From IMG/VR virus record IMGVR_UViG_3300024348_000008: a DNA stretch of 64,000 nucleotides. One strand, given 5' to 3'. The stretch comes from a virus. The notes under the pieces were generated by a model. It made no database searches. It was given only the letters and a program-made list of their open reading frames with translations, and was not told the origin of the DNA. A program made the position numbers and the translations under genes. Positions 28,883 to 38,098 of the stretch are shown one piece after another (the stretch's first letter is position 1; the number at the start of each line of letters is the position of its first letter).

Positions 28883-29832
28883 TTACAGGAACATTTAATA
28901 AAATTCCTAAAAAACGTAATAGTCATGGATATGGATGGGCCAGAACTTGGGCAGAGAATTTGGATTGTGAAATTAATTATGATGGTGATCCTACAGATTT
29001 ATTATATTTAGATCATGGTGTTAATTTCGGAGGATCTCTAAACTTATTTGCTGGATTTAATGAAGATTTAAAGAAAAGAATAGATAACTTTTTAAAAGCT
29101 AACGTTGTATATTCTTTAGATATTGATATGCCAGATTATGGAGCAATGTTAAAGAAAAGAAAAGACGTAAAAGATAAAGAATGGTGTGATATAATTTCAG
29201 ACAAATGCGCACAAGCTATACCATTAAAATCAACAGATTTATTAGAATTGAACTGGTTAACTATAGGCGATTCTCATACTGCAGCATATGCACGACCAAA
29301 TTCAATGGTTATTAAAACAGATGGATTAACACTAAACGGACAAATTAATAGTAATTTTGAATATATTCAATCTCATATCAAAGAATGTAACCCAAAGGGT
29401 ATAACTATGGTATTTGGTAATATCGATATAAGACATCATATATGTAGACTTAATATCGATCCAACAGAAATGCTTACCAAATGGAGAAACTTTGGATTAT
29501 TGTTAGAACATAAAGGAATATCTGTTGAATATTCTACTCCATGGCCAATTGAACATGAAGATCGAAAATTACCAAAAACTGGATATTATAAAAATCAACC
29601 ATTTTGGGGAACAAGAGATGAAAGAATATCAGCATTAAATCAATGGATTTTAATAATGGATACATTAGGAATGAAAAGAATTAAATATCCAGATGATTGG
29701 TTTTTGTTAAACGGTGAACGTTATGCTAAAGAAAAAATGGAAAATACATCGTCTGTACACCTCTCACCTGAGATGTACAGAAGAAAAAATTGGGGAAATA
29801 ACCATGTACAATTGTCTCAATTTATGGTATAA
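28879..29832 (+). CDS. hypothetical protein with SGNH/GDSL-like C-terminal domain
   Basis: IGDSH, FGNID, SVHLS block motifs. Confidence 0.5.
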   Translation: MITGTFNKIPKKRNSHGYGWARTWAENLDCEINYDGDPTDLLYLDHGVNFGGSLNLFAGFNEDLKKRIDNFLKANVVYSLDIDMPDYGAMLKKRKDVKDKEWCDIISDKCAQAIPLKSTDLLELNWLTIGDSHTAAYARPNSMVIKTDGLTLNGQINSNFEYIQSHIKECNPKGITMVFGNIDIRHHICRLNIDPTEMLTKWRNFGLLLEHKGISVEYSTPWPIEHEDRKLPKTGYYKNQPFWGTRDERISALNQWILIMDTLGMKRIKYPDDWFLLNGERYAKEKMENTSSVHLSPEMYRRKNWGNNHVQLSQFMV

Positions 29833-29849
29833 TATACCCTATATAAATA
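29805..29849 (+). promoter_or_regulatory. tandem early plus late promoter upstream of bS21
   Basis: TGTACA(29805)-N17-TATAAT, then TATAAATA at 29842. Confidence 0.7.
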
Positions 29850-29865
29850 ATAATACTGGAGAAAC

Positions 29866-30123
29866 ATGCCCTCAATAGATTTAAGACCTAGGAAAAACAA
29901 AAATCCTAAGGATAAAAGACAACCTAAACCAATGCCATTTGACGTTGCACTACGCAAATTTAAAAAAGCCGTCGAACGCGCTGGAATTATTCAAGAAGTA
30001 AAACGTAGAGAATTCTATGAAAAACCTACGGCTAAACGAAAACGTAAAAAAGCAGAAGCTGTAGCTCGAACCCGAAGGCAGCATGCTGCAAATGAATTAA
30101 AACCTAGAAACCACTGGAGGTAA
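29866..30123 (+). CDS. rpsU: phage-encoded 30S ribosomal protein bS21
   Basis: [11 protein letters not shown]...[29 protein letters not shown]. Confidence 0.93.
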   Translation: MPSIDLRPRKNKNPKDKRQPKPMPFDVALRKFKKAVERAGIIQEVKRREFYEKPTAKRKRKKAEAVARTRRQHAANELKPRNHWR

Positions 30124-30126
30124 ATA

Positions 30127-31197
30127 ATGGGAATAATGGATAAATTGAAAAAGAACTCTAAAATTAAGACAACAGAGGTTTTGTCTAATTCGGTTTTTTT
30201 TAAAGAACAAGACGTAGTAGTAACAGACGTTCCAATGATAAATGTTGCTTTAGCTGGTGATATAGATGGAGGACTAACATCTGGTTTAACAGTTTTAGCT
30301 GGTCCATCAAAACACTTTAAAACTTCTTTTGCTTTGCTTATGGCATCTGCATATTTGAAAGAGCATCCTGATTCAGTATTGTTGTTTTATGATTCTGAAT
30401 TTGGATCTCCTCAACAATACTTCGAATCTTTTGGTATAGATACTGATAGAGTATTACATACTCCTATAACAGATGTAGAGCAATTAAAATTTGATTTAGT
30501 TAGTCAGCTAGATAATATTGAAAGAGGCGATAAACTAATAATAGTTATTGACTCTATTGGTAATTTAGCTTCTAAGAAAGAATTAGAAGATGCGCTAAAT
30601 GAAAAAGGTGTAGCAGATATGTCAAGAGCTAAGGCTCTTAAAGGGTTGTTTAGAATGACAACGCCATATTTAACTATGAAAAACATTCCGTTATTAGCAG
30701 TTAATCATACGTATCAAGAAATTGGATTGTTTCCTAAAGCAATCGTTTCAGGTGGTACTGGTATTTACTATTCAGCGGATAATATTTGGATAATCGGTCG
30801 CCAACAAAATAAACAAGGTACCGAAATAAAAGGTTACAATTTTGTAATCAATGTGGAGAAATCAAGGTTTGTTAAAGAAAAATCTAAAGTTCCTATCGCC
30901 GTTTCTTGGGAAGGTGGGATTGAATGTTATAGTGGTCTTTTGGACGTTGCTCTTGCTGGTAATTACGTTGCTAAGCCTAGTAATGGTTGGTATTGTAGGG
31001 TTGATCGTGAATCTGGAGAATTGGTGTACCCAAAGGTTCGCGAAAAAGATACACTTAAAGAAGAATTTTGGACACCCATATTTGAAGGAACAGATTTCAA
31101 AAAATTCATCAAGGGTCATTACCAAATTGGACATAAACCATTATTGGAAGTTGAAGTAACTGGATTGGAATCTTCTAATGAGGAAGAAGATGAATAA
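30127..31197 (+). CDS. uvsX: recombinase UvsX (RecA-like)
   Basis: AGPSKHFKT, FYDSEFG, IDSIGNLAS, SGGTGIYYSAD. Confidence 0.97.
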   Translation: MGIMDKLKKNSKIKTTEVLSNSVFFKEQDVVVTDVPMINVALAGDIDGGLTSGLTVLAGPSKHFKTSFALLMASAYLKEHPDSVLLFYDSEFGSPQQYFESFGIDTDRVLHTPITDVEQLKFDLVSQLDNIERGDKLIIVIDSIGNLASKKELEDALNEKGVADMSRAKALKGLFRMTTPYLTMKNIPLLAVNHTYQEIGLFPKAIVSGGTGIYYSADNIWIIGRQQNKQGTEIKGYNFVINVEKSRFVKEKSKVPIAVSWEGGIECYSGLLDVALAGNYVAKPSNGWYCRVDRESGELVYPKVREKDTLKEEFWTPIFEGTDFKKFIKGHYQIGHKPLLEVEVTGLESSNEEEDE

Positions 31198-31534
31198 TTT
31201 AACCTATAAAGATTATGTATTAATAGAAAATCCAAATGAAGATTTTTATGGAATAGAATTAAAAACTGGAAAGTGGCAAGGAGTAAGATACATATATGGT
31301 AAGGTTTCTATTAAAGAGTCACCAGAACTAGATACTGCTACTATGAGTTTTTCATATACAATTACTGATAGTACAGAAAAATATGAAGAAGCAGAATTAA
31401 TTGGAGATATTAATTTTAAAAATCATTTAGGTGATATTTTAAATCATTGTATTCAAGATTCATTAGATAATAAGAAGGCAGAAATTGGACATATCAACAC
31501 AAATCCCGACACACGTACTAAGTCATCTAATTAA
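31190..31534 (+). CDS. gp40-like protein (head vertex assembly chaperone position)
   Basis: Sits between uvsX and gp41 as in T4; YIYGKVSIKE...F.Y pattern. Confidence 0.55.
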   Translation: MNNLTYKDYVLIENPNEDFYGIELKTGKWQGVRYIYGKVSIKESPELDTATMSFSYTITDSTEKYEEAELIGDINFKNHLGDILNHCIQDSLDNKKAEIGHINTNPDTRTKSSN

Positions 31535-32879
31535 TGATGAAGAGTATTGCCGTAAAGTAATACCATATCTTAAAAAGGAATACTTTGAAGGAAGTCATAA
31601 ATTAATATTCGATTTAATTGTAACATTTGTTACAACTCATAATAAAATACCATCAGGAAAAGTATTAGAATTAGAACTAAGAAAGGTTGATGCACCAGAA
31701 GATGTGTTAAATCAAGCTAATCAACTTATTCATGAATGTAAGGAAAAATCAGATATCGATCATGAGTACATTATACGAGAAAGCGAAAAATGGTGTCAAG
31801 AAAAAGCTGTCTATAATGCGATCATGGAATCAATATCAATTATCGACGGAAAGTCTAACGACGAGAGAGGTGAAGGAGTTATTCCTGAAATACTCACTAA
31901 TGCTCTTGGTGTGTCTTTTGATCCTAATATTGGACACGATTATATAGATAATTCTGACGATAGATATGAATTTTATAATAAAGTCGAAAGTAGAATTCCA
32001 TTTGATTTAGATTACTTTAATAAAATTACAAAAGATGGTTTACCAAATAAAACATTAAATATTTGCTTAGCTGGTACCGGTGTCGGTAAATCATTGTTTA
32101 TGTGTCATTGTGCATCTGCAAATATAGATCAAGGTAAAAATGTATTATATATTACAATGGAAATGGCAGAAGAACGTATTGCAGAAAGAATAGATGCAAA
32201 TCTTATGAACTTTCCAATCGAACAATTAGAAAATATGCCAAAAAATGTTTTTGATCAAAAGATTTCAAAGATTGCACATGGACATATTGGCAAATTAATT
32301 GTAAAAGAATATCCAACAGGTGCAGCTCATACTGGACATTTTAGAGCTTTACTTAATGAATTAAAGCTTAAAAAGAATTTTAAACCAGATATTGTGTATA
32401 TAGATTATTTAAATATTTGTGCGTCAAGTCGCATCAGAGGGTTAGGTGGAAGTATAAATACCTATTCATATATCAAAGCAATAGCTGAAGAGCTACGTGG
32501 TTTGGCGGTTGAATTTAATGTCCCTATTGTTAGTGCAACGCAAACAACTAGGTCTGGTTTTAGTAATACTGACGTGGGCCTAGAGGACACTTCGGAATCT
32601 TTTGGTTTACCGGCTACGGCTGATTTAATGTTTGCTCTAATTTCAACAGAGGAACTTGAAGGATTAGGTCAATTAATGGTAAAACAATTGAAAAATCGTT
32701 ATAATGATCCTACTAAATACAAGAGATTTGTAATTGGTGTGGATAGATCGAGAATGAAACTTTATGACGTAGAGGAGTCGGCCCAATCTGATATCATGTC
32801 TGACATGACACCAGATACGGGTCCGATTAATACATTCGGTGATAGAGATAGTAAAGACTTCACCGAATTCAAAATATAG
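31485..32879 (+). CDS. 41: replicative helicase gp41
   Basis: LAGTGVGKS, YITMEMAE, IDYLNI, SATQTTR, SESFGLPATAD, QLKNRY. Confidence 0.97.
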   Translation: MDISTQIPTHVLSHLINDEEYCRKVIPYLKKEYFEGSHKLIFDLIVTFVTTHNKIPSGKVLELELRKVDAPEDVLNQANQLIHECKEKSDIDHEYIIRESEKWCQEKAVYNAIMESISIIDGKSNDERGEGVIPEILTNALGVSFDPNIGHDYIDNSDDRYEFYNKVESRIPFDLDYFNKITKDGLPNKTLNICLAGTGVGKSLFMCHCASANIDQGKNVLYITMEMAEERIAERIDANLMNFPIEQLENMPKNVFDQKISKIAHGHIGKLIVKEYPTGAAHTGHFRALLNELKLKKNFKPDIVYIDYLNICASSRIRGLGGSINTYSYIKAIAEELRGLAVEFNVPIVSATQTTRSGFSNTDVGLEDTSESFGLPATADLMFALISTEELEGLGQLMVKQLKNRYNDPTKYKRFVIGVDRSRMKLYDVEESAQSDIMSDMTPDTGPINTFGDRDSKDFTEFKI

Positions 32880-32890
32880 AGGAGAAATCT

Positions 32891-33076
32891 ATGAAAATAT
32901 TTACAAAAGCCAAAGATTGGCTAGTGGCAAGAATGCCTGAAAGAACATCGCACGATGGCGTATTACTTATTGTAATATGTGGATCAGTGATACTTTTTGG
33001 TGGTCTAGCCAAACTACTCGCGTGGGTAGGACTTGTATGGGGTATATACACCCTTGTCAGAGGAGAAGCTAAATGA
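32891..33076 (+). CDS. small membrane protein
   Basis: ERTS.DG followed by two hydrophobic segments; strong SD. Confidence 0.7.
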   Translation: MKIFTKAKDWLVARMPERTSHDGVLLIVICGSVILFGGLAKLLAWVGLVWGIYTLVRGEAK

Positions 33077-33705
33077 TAAGTACTATAAGAATGGCGCTTT
33101 TAAGTGCACTACTAATATTACCTTCATTTGCAGTACAAGCTGACACTTCAGGTTCGATATCTCTTGCTTCGGATTATTTCTGGAGAGGAGTATCACAAAA
33201 CGCTGGTAATCCTGCGCTACAAGCAGGATTAGCCTGGAATCATGGTTCTGGAGTTTATGCTAGCGCATGGACAAGTCAGGTGGATTTTGGAGATGATGCG
33301 AATATTCAATATGATTTGGTGGCTGGATATAATTTAGCCGTAACAAATGATATGACAATAGGCGCAGGTATTCTACAAAGAAACTTTGATGCTGGATATG
33401 ACGACGTTGAAGAATTGTTTGTTGATGCAGTATGGAAAAATACTAATATGACATATTATGTAAATTCTGATAATAGAAAATCAACATACTTTGAATTAAG
33501 TCAAGGATTACCATTTATTACTTTTATTGATACTAAAATTGGATATGGTTCAATGAAAGAAACTGGTACAAATTCACGATTTGTATCATTAAATTTATCA
33601 AAAAACATATCTGACAGTGTAACTGTTGGTTTAATGGTTCTTGATGGGGTAAGACATGGTGATATGCTGGATTCAGCAGCAATAACATTTGCATATAACT
33701 TCTAA
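33073..33705 (+). CDS. TorF/Gcw_chp-family outer-membrane beta-barrel
   Basis: Signal peptide; SDYFWRGVSQ...PALQAG...GVYASAW.S.VDF; C-terminal Phe (YNF). Confidence 0.85.
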   Translation: MISTIRMALLSALLILPSFAVQADTSGSISLASDYFWRGVSQNAGNPALQAGLAWNHGSGVYASAWTSQVDFGDDANIQYDLVAGYNLAVTNDMTIGAGILQRNFDAGYDDVEELFVDAVWKNTNMTYYVNSDNRKSTYFELSQGLPFITFIDTKIGYGSMKETGTNSRFVSLNLSKNISDSVTVGLMVLDGVRHGDMLDSAAITFAYNF

Positions 33706-33739
33706 ATAGATTTATTCATCATTAATAAGGAATGATTGA

Positions 33740-34399
33740 TTGAACGTTAAACTTATATCATATTCGCAACCAACTGAAGAATTTCAACTAGAAGGAGATT
33801 TACTTCAGTTGGTTGCTTTTTGCGCAAGAGTCTCAAATCCTAAAGGTCAGGTTAATATTAAAACCGCCGAGAAACTTGTTAAATATTTAATTAAAAATAA
33901 ACACTGGTCACCACTTGAAATGGTTAGTGTTTGCTTAGAGATCGAAACAACTCGAGATATTGCTAGACAATTATTAAGACATCGATCTTTCTCTTTTCAA
34001 GAATACTCTCAAAGATATGCCGACGTCTCAGAATTGGGAGTTGCATTTACTACGCGAGAAGCTAGAATGCAAGACACAAAAAATAGACAAAATTCAATAC
34101 CAGTTAAACATGATGAATCAATTAATTATATTTGGGAATCATATCAAGAAGTAATTATTGAACGTTGTAAGAAAGCTTATGCTTGGGCACTAGAAGCAGG
34201 TATAGCAAAAGAACAAGCTAGAGCTGTTTTACCAGAAGGTTTAACAATGAGTAAAATGTATGTTAATGGAACTTTAAGATCGTGGATCCATTACGTAGAA
34301 TTAAGATCTGCACATGGAACACAACAAGAACATATGGAAATAGCAAAAGCTGTCGGTGATGTAATCTATAAAATCTTCCCCCTAGACGACATTATTTAG
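33740..34399 (+). CDS. thyX: flavin-dependent thymidylate synthase
   Basis: HWSPLE, RQLLRHRSFSFQEYSQRY, EQARAVLP, HGTQQEH. Confidence 0.96.
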   Translation: MNVKLISYSQPTEEFQLEGDLLQLVAFCARVSNPKGQVNIKTAEKLVKYLIKNKHWSPLEMVSVCLEIETTRDIARQLLRHRSFSFQEYSQRYADVSELGVAFTTREARMQDTKNRQNSIPVKHDESINYIWESYQEVIIERCKKAYAWALEAGIAKEQARAVLPEGLTMSKMYVNGTLRSWIHYVELRSAHGTQQEHMEIAKAVGDVIYKIFPLDDII

Positions 34400-34445
34400 C
34401 ATCTAATCAGATGCCCAAGCATCAGTTAGGCATCTGATTAGATGC
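34399..34445. repeat. perfect 17-bp inverted repeat with self-palindromic arms
   Basis: GCATCTAATCAGATGCC-N13-GGCATCTGATTAGATGC. Confidence 0.9.
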
Positions 34446-34492
34446 ACTATTTAGTCCATAAAAGTGTTGTTTGTATGCATTTAAATGTACAT

Positions 34493-34584
34493 ATAAATGA
34501 AAAAAAATGAAAAAAAGCATGTACAAATGCCCTAAAGTGTGGTATAATATACCTATATTAAAAAATAAAACACTGTAAGGAGTG
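34493..34584 (+). repeat. early promoter/SD cassette, copy 3 (lacks the TGTGAC palindrome)
   Basis: A-tracts, TGTACA-N17-TATAAT, identical 45-bp block. Confidence 0.88.
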
Positions 34585-34587
34585 AGT

Positions 34588-34980
34588 ATGAAAGAAACAA
34601 AAATATTAGAAAAAGCAGTAAACCAGTTGCTTAAGACACTAAAACGTGAAAGTGATAAAAACTTTCCTGACTTAGCTAAGTATACTAATTTTACTGCAGA
34701 ATCTGGTAGAAAATTTATTAAAATTATTGAGCAAGATACGTTCAATGGTGAAATTAGTCAAAGAGTTTGGGGATTTATTAATATTTCTGAATTTACAAAA
34801 GAAAGAAAAATGGCATCTACAACAAAAGTTGTTACTTTCAAAGAAGGAGATGTTTTAATGGCTAATGGATGGAGAGCACCAGCTCTTAATGCACCTCGAG
34901 GTAATATATTAGATGGCTATAATATTACAAAAGTTAATAGATATGGTCCTTCTTATATAAGTTCAAACCGAACTTTATAA
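34588..34980 (+). CDS. early hypothetical protein
   Basis: GRKFIKII...VWGFI...GDVLMANGWRAPALNAPRGNI; driven by cassette copy 3. Confidence 0.75.
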   Translation: MKETKILEKAVNQLLKTLKRESDKNFPDLAKYTNFTAESGRKFIKIIEQDTFNGEISQRVWGFINISEFTKERKMASTTKVVTFKEGDVLMANGWRAPALNAPRGNILDGYNITKVNRYGPSYISSNRTL

Positions 34981-35081
34981 GAAACAACGTCACTTGGAGG
35001 ACGTATGAAAGCTCTAAGTGGTTACGTCAGAACGTATACGGGGGAGTTGTGAACCCCCAAAATTTTTATAAAGGATTAATT

Positions 35082-35270
35082 ATGAAACATTATCCAAATA
35101 GGTTAGCAAAAACCTATACGGCAGTTGAAACATTTCATTCTGAAAGAGAAAGAAGTGATAGAATAGAAGAACTAAAAGCATCGGATAAAGATATTAAAAT
35201 TAAAACAAAAGTTGCATTTGATATTCAAGATGCATATTTATTGGAGTATACGATATGTATGAGACCTTAA
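35082..35270 (+). CDS. hypothetical protein
   Basis: ATG 35082 after AAGGA. Confidence 0.6.
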   Translation: MKHYPNRLAKTYTAVETFHSERERSDRIEELKASDKDIKIKTKVAFDIQDAYLLEYTICMRP

Positions 35271-35443
35271 TATTAGGTATAGTAGCATGTTGTGCCGGTT
35301 GTGCATATACAAGTTACAAAATAGGATTAAGAGAAGGCGCAGAAAATATGTTAAATCTTTTGCAACAACAAAAAATAATAGCATATACTAATAAAGGAAA
35401 TATTAAACCAAATCCGTTTTTCGTTTCTGATGAAGAAGATTGA
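35255..35443 (+). CDS. small protein with N-terminal TM segment
   Basis: ORF with GGAG SD. Confidence 0.6.
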   Translation: MYETLILGIVACCAGCAYTSYKIGLREGAENMLNLLQQQKIIAYTNKGNIKPNPFFVSDEED

Positions 35444-35455
35444 AAAAGATTTTAG

Positions 35456-35463
35456 TATAAATA
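35456..35463 (+). promoter_or_regulatory. late promoter heading the putative internal-protein array
   Basis: TATAAATA. Confidence 0.7.
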
Positions 35464-35484
35464 GATATAACAAAGGAACTTTAT

Positions 35485-36858
35485 ATGCTATTATTTAAAA
35501 GCTTTAAATCAGATATAATTCAGGAAGCAGTAAAGCTAACTCCTGCACAATTGGATAAACCCAATTCAATAACGGGTGAAGATCGTCTTGATATTCTAAA
35601 GAGATTAATTCAAGACAATAAACCTTTAGAATTAGTTAAAGGTGGTACATTTCTTGTTACTGAAATAGATGATGCTTTAGCTCAAATCGAAATATTTAAA
35701 AAATTAAAAAAAGCTTTTCCATTACACGGTAATGGTAAAACTATTAGTTCTTCAGATCTTGCAAAAGGTTCAGTATTTGGAGGCGGAGGAGGTTCCGGTG
35801 GAGGAACACTTAATACTAAAATTACTGAATCACATCAATGTGTATTATGTCAAGCAATGTTAGATCATGGTATACAATCAGAAGAATTCTTTTTGAATCC
35901 AGATATTCTTAAAGCAGCATATAAACTTGTAGATGTTGATGCAACATTAGATGAAATTTTATCTGTTGAAGATGGCTGGTTTCATTCATCATATGAATCA
36001 TCAATGCTTCTTATTAAGCAAGGTTATATAAATAAATCACATAAATTCCATAGAAATAGTAAAGATATGAATTTAATATATGCTCTTAAAAATGTGGCAT
36101 ATAAAAATTCAGATCAAAAGGCAGTTAAAGATGATAAATGGAATCCTGGAGATATATGGGCGATTGATAAATCAATTAGTATTAATAAAACCCTAAATCC
36201 TGAAAACATAATGACTTATAATAAAGCATTATTACAAAATTTTGTTGATCGAAAAGTAGTTGGAATCTCTCTAAAACTTGTTAAGAAAAAAGCTAAATCA
36301 AAAGAATATAATATTAAACTACCACCAGACACAGACGATCATAAGATTAAATCTATTATATTTCAAGGTGAAAAGCGTGGTACGTTCTGGAGTAACAAAG
36401 GTGCTACTGTTGAATTTGATAGCGGTAAAATTTCTTTTCGATCTGGATCTGCTGGGGGTGCTATTAAAGGAGAAATTGTACTTAAAACTGCAAGAGGTGG
36501 TGGTGCAGGATATGGTATAATGCTAGATGCTATTCAACAAGTTTTTAGAAAAAAAATTCCAGACAATAAAGTCGTAAATAAAATAGCTAAGAATATTACT
36601 AAAAAAGACAAAAAAGCAATAAATGAATTCTTTAAAATGTATAGTCATTTCTATAAAAATGAATCATACGAAGATTTTGCAAAAGAAATTGCAAAGAAAG
36701 ATGTTTATTGGATTGGATCTAAATTAGCGTGTTTGTTTGTATTATATAATGTAGATTTAAATACCGGTCCAAAAGCAAATAGATGGATTACAAAAATAGT
36801 TAACTATGCTGGATCAAAATCAGAAGATTCTAGTGTATATGTAAAGGTATATCAATAG
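35485..36858 (+). CDS. putative head-associated protein with PD-(D/E)xK-like nuclease motifs
   Basis: T..TES.QC, DKWNPGDIW, GISLK; N-terminal FKSF...IQE|A. Confidence 0.55.
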   Translation: MLLFKSFKSDIIQEAVKLTPAQLDKPNSITGEDRLDILKRLIQDNKPLELVKGGTFLVTEIDDALAQIEIFKKLKKAFPLHGNGKTISSSDLAKGSVFGGGGGSGGGTLNTKITESHQCVLCQAMLDHGIQSEEFFLNPDILKAAYKLVDVDATLDEILSVEDGWFHSSYESSMLLIKQGYINKSHKFHRNSKDMNLIYALKNVAYKNSDQKAVKDDKWNPGDIWAIDKSISINKTLNPENIMTYNKALLQNFVDRKVVGISLKLVKKKAKSKEYNIKLPPDTDDHKIKSIIFQGEKRGTFWSNKGATVEFDSGKISFRSGSAGGAIKGEIVLKTARGGGAGYGIMLDAIQQVFRKKIPDNKVVNKIAKNITKKDKKAINEFFKMYSHFYKNESYEDFAKEIAKKDVYWIGSKLACLFVLYNVDLNTGPKANRWITKIVNYAGSKSEDSSVYVKVYQ

Positions 36859-36859
36859 T

Positions 36860-38098
36860 ATGAAATCATTTAAACAAAATTTACACGAGGCCGCTGGAAA
36901 AAATACTCATATGACTCACATTGAGGATTTAGTTCTAGACGGTGGAGTCAAGGGGGCACGCCAAGCTATTCTCGCGTTAAGGTCGCTCAGAGATATGCTA
37001 TCCGGGAACACCGCAACAGGCGTTGATGTGACGGTAAAATGGGACGGTGCCCCCGCCGTTTTTGCAGGAGAAGATCCATCTGATGGTAAATTCTTTGTTG
37101 CTAAAAAGGGTATTTTTGCAAAATCACCAAAAATATATAAAAGTCATGAAGATATTAAAGCAGATACTAGCGGAGATCTTCAAGGTAAATTAATTAAAGC
37201 ATATGATAATCTAAAAAATCTTGGAATTAAAGAAGTAATTCAAGGCGATTTTATGTTTGAAAAAAAGGACTTAAAAAGAGAAAAAATAAATGGAATCAAA
37301 CATGTTGTATTTCATCCAAATACAATTGCCTATGCTATTCCAGAAACAGATCCTCTTGCTAAAACTATTTTAAATGCAGAAATTGGAATTGTTTGGCATA
37401 CATCATATAGAGGTATAGCCTTTGAAACAATGCAAGCAGAATTCGGAAGAGACATTACATCAAAATTAAAACCAACAAAGAAGGTTTGGATGGTAGATGC
37501 TAAACTTCCCCATACTGAAGGAGCTGTTATGACAGCAGCTCAAACTAAAAAAGTTACAGAAAAACTAATACTAGCAGGCCAAATCTTTAAAAAAATAAAA
37601 AGTAGTACATTAAAAGAGCTTGAATCAAATAAAGAATTAAACCTTGTAATGAACATTTGGAATAATAGAAAGGTTAGAGAAGGCCAAAGAATTAAAGATA
37701 CCACTAAACATGCAACAGGTTTAGTAATGTTTGTAAAAGATAGATATCAAAAAGAGATTGATAAAGTTTCTAGACCAACATCAAAACAAGCAAAAGCAGA
37801 TAAAAGAGATGAATTATTACAATTTTTTAGTAAACAAAATCTAAAAAACTTAGCATTAGTATATGATTTACAAAATTATATCACAGATGCGAAGTTAATT
37901 ATTATAAATAAACTAAACAGTTTGAGTTCTATTGGAACTTTTGTAAAAACTAAATCCGGATTTAGAGTAACCAACCCCGAAGGTTTTGTTGCTATAGATC
38001 GTATGGAAGGTGGAGCCGTTAAGCTTGTTAATAGATTAGAATTTTCTACTAACAATTTTAGCAAAGATATTATAAAAGGTTGGGATAATCCCAACTAA
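36860..38098 (+). CDS. conserved T4-like protein (DUF6267-like) with ligase-type nucleotidyltransferase motifs
   Basis: KNTHMTHIED, VKWDGAPA (KxDG), QGDFMF, PEGFV, VKLV. Confidence 0.65.
   Translation: MKSFKQNLHEAAGKNTHMTHIEDLVLDGGVKGARQAILALRSLRDMLSGNTATGVDVTVKWDGAPAVFAGEDPSDGKFFVAKKGIFAKSPKIYKSHEDIKADTSGDLQGKLIKAYDNLKNLGIKEVIQGDFMFEKKDLKREKINGIKHVVFHPNTIAYAIPETDPLAKTILNAEIGIVWHTSYRGIAFETMQAEFGRDITSKLKPTKKVWMVDAKLPHTEGAVMTAAQTKKVTEKLILAGQIFKKIKSSTLKELESNKELNLVMNIWNNRKVREGQRIKDTTKHATGLVMFVKDRYQKEIDKVSRPTSKQAKADKRDELLQFFSKQNLKNLALVYDLQNYITDAKLIIINKLNSLSSIGTFVKTKSGFRVTNPEGFVAIDRMEGGAVKLVNRLEFSTNNFSKDIIKGWDNPN

Noticed and set aside
10593-34584. Repeated cassettes considered as CRISPR repeats or IS ends
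   Set aside because: They are kilobases apart, contain promoter and SD elements, and no cas or transposase gene is present
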